A stretch of 64,000 nt of DNA, taken from positions 248,001 to 312,000 of the forward strand of contig NW_024055654.1 of assembly GCF_902713615.1 (NCBI RefSeq), written 5' to 3'. Below the pieces are notes generated by a model. That model made no database searches, was not told where the DNA came from, and saw only the letters and a list, made by a program, of their open reading frames with translations. Source of the stretch: Scyliorhinus canicula. Lineage: Eukaryota. Of this stretch, positions 62,561 through 64,000 are shown piece after piece (position 1 is the first letter of the stretch; every line of letters starts with the position of its first letter). A program made the translations under genes and the position numbers.

Positions 62561-63108
62561 ACTGGAGGGTGGTTCACATCACAGGATGGGGGAGGTGGGA
62601 TAATAAATAAGAGCTGACACTTTGCACTCAAATCAATGAGGACTCTGATCTCTGGCAAGGAAGGAAACCCTGGCAGGTGGGCGGGGAGGATTCACAAACA
62701 CTGGCTTGAGGCTCCAAACCCCCCTTTGACTGTCGGTGATGGATTTTGTGAAATTATTTTTACAGGATGTTAGCAGAATTTTCGGATGTGAAACTCAAAC
62801 CAAACTTCACATCAAGATGCTTCAGTGATTTGATTCACCAGAACCTGAATATCATCAACCTTTGTATACAGAAGGAGAAATTTTTGTTCCGCCTGTGGGA
62901 AAAGATCTGATCCATCAGTGTTACTGAGAAAGCACCGAGATACACAAATACCCGAGAGAGAGTTTCCAATGTGCTGAACCTGGAAAGAGCTTTCACCAGC
63001 CTGAAAGAAAAACCACAGCATTCACAGTGAGTAGTCACCCTGGACATATTCTGTCTAAACGAGGCTTCAACATTATCCAAGCTGGAGACACACGAGGACA
63101 TTCACATC

Positions 63109-64000
63109 ATGGAGAAACCTTTGAAATGTGGGGACTGTGGCAAGGGATTCAATTACCCATCTGCATTGGATATTCATCGACGTATTCACACTGGAGAGAG
63201 GCTGTTCACCTGTCCTGTGTGTGGGAAAGGATTTGCTTACTCATCCAGCCTGTATACACATCAGCGTGTTCATACTGGCGAGAGGCCATTCACTTGCCTC
63301 GAATGTGGGAAGGGATATCATGCTTTATCAAGCCTCCTGATTCACCAGCAAGTTCACTCTGATCAGAGACCATTTCAATGTTCTGATTGTGACAAAAGCT
63401 TTAAAAGCACAAAGGACTTGCTGAGACACCAGCGCACTCATATGGAGGTGAGGCCTTTCACCTGCTCAGTGTGTGGGAAGGGATTCACTCAGTCATCCCA
63501 CCTTGTAACACACCAACTTGTTCACTCTGATAAGAGACCTTTTCAATGTTCGCACTGTGAGATGTGTTTTAAAAGTAAAAATGATTTACAAGCCCATCAG
63601 CGCACACACACTGGGGAGAAGCCATTCACCTGTTCTCTCTGCGAGAGGAGATTCGGACGTTTATCTCAGCTACAGACACACCAGCGAGTTCACTCTGATC
63701 AGAGACCATTTCAATGTTCTGACTGTGGGAAGAGCTTTAAAAGCAAACAGGATCTGGTGACACACCAGCGAGTTCACACTGGAGAGAGGCCATTCACCTG
63801 CTCTGTGTGTGGGAAGGGATTCACCCATTCATCCCACCGTCTGAGACACCAGCGAGTTCACACTGGAGAGAGGACATTCATTTGCTCTGTGTGTGGGAAG
63901 GGATTTATTGATTCACCCCACCTTCTGATACATGAGCGAATTCACACTGGGGAGAGACCGTTCACTTGCTCCATGTGTGGGAAAGGATTCACTCAGCCAT
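63109..64000 (+). CDS. class-2 C2H2 ZNF, at least 10 fingers, runs off the end of the window
   Basis: Manual translation [23 protein letters not shown]... shows no stop before 64000, so it is absent from the ORF track. Acceptor at 62765. Confidence 0.88.
   Translation, partial: MEKPLKCGDCGKGFNYPSALDIHRRIHTGERLFTCPVCGKGFAYSSSLYTHQRVHTGERPFTCLECGKGYHALSSLLIHQQVHSDQRPFQCSDCDKSFKSTKDLLRHQRTHMEVRPFTCSVCGKGFTQSSHLVTHQLVHSDKRPFQCSHCEMCFKSKNDLQAHQRTHTGEKPFTCSLCERRFGRLSQLQTHQRVHSDQRPFQCSDCGKSFKSKQDLVTHQRVHTGERPFTCSVCGKGFTHSSHRLRHQRVHTGERTFICSVCGKGFIDSPHLLIHERIHTGERPFTCSMCGKGFTQP

Noticed and set aside
61132-62658. Several 100-250-aa ORFs over the CpG island and MITE
   Set aside because: GC-rich sequence is poor in stop codons. 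The ORFs overlap on both strands and show no recognisable domain.
7377-64000. Assigning mammalian ZNF gene symbols
   Set aside because: These appear to be lineage-specific paralogs. Best hits would reflect generic C2H2 similarity rather than orthology.

Overview
Vertebrate genomic DNA, most likely a shark or other elasmobranch. This is inferred from HE1-like tRNA SINEs with CR1/HER1-like tails and is not database-verified. The window is part of a tandem C2H2 zinc-finger (ZNF) gene cluster. It holds eight ZNF coding exons, ranging from intact to truncated or pseudogenised, plus one 5' remnant. Each has one coding exon and none has a recognisable KRAB, SCAN or BTB exon. They fall into two classes by leader sequence: class 1 (ILNMEGKS..HSGEK) and class 2 (dead-finger leader followed by MEKPWKC). 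Three times in full, and once partly at the window edge, a class-1 and a class-2 gene sit head-to-head around a paralogous CpG-island module with NRF1, GC-box, CCAAT and YY1-like motifs. Both classes keep 'constant' fingers among variable ones. The spaces between genes are packed with transposons: one full-length L1 with a single frameshift and a 16-bp target-site duplication (TSD), young and old CR1, L2 and Rex/Babar fragments, about 25 SINE copies or fragments carrying four different tails, a Penelope-derived palindrome and a Harbinger-like MITE. There are also at least eight tandem-repeat arrays, two of them visibly derived from CR1 sequence. TE boundaries without a TSD are approximate, and family names come from motif recognition only.
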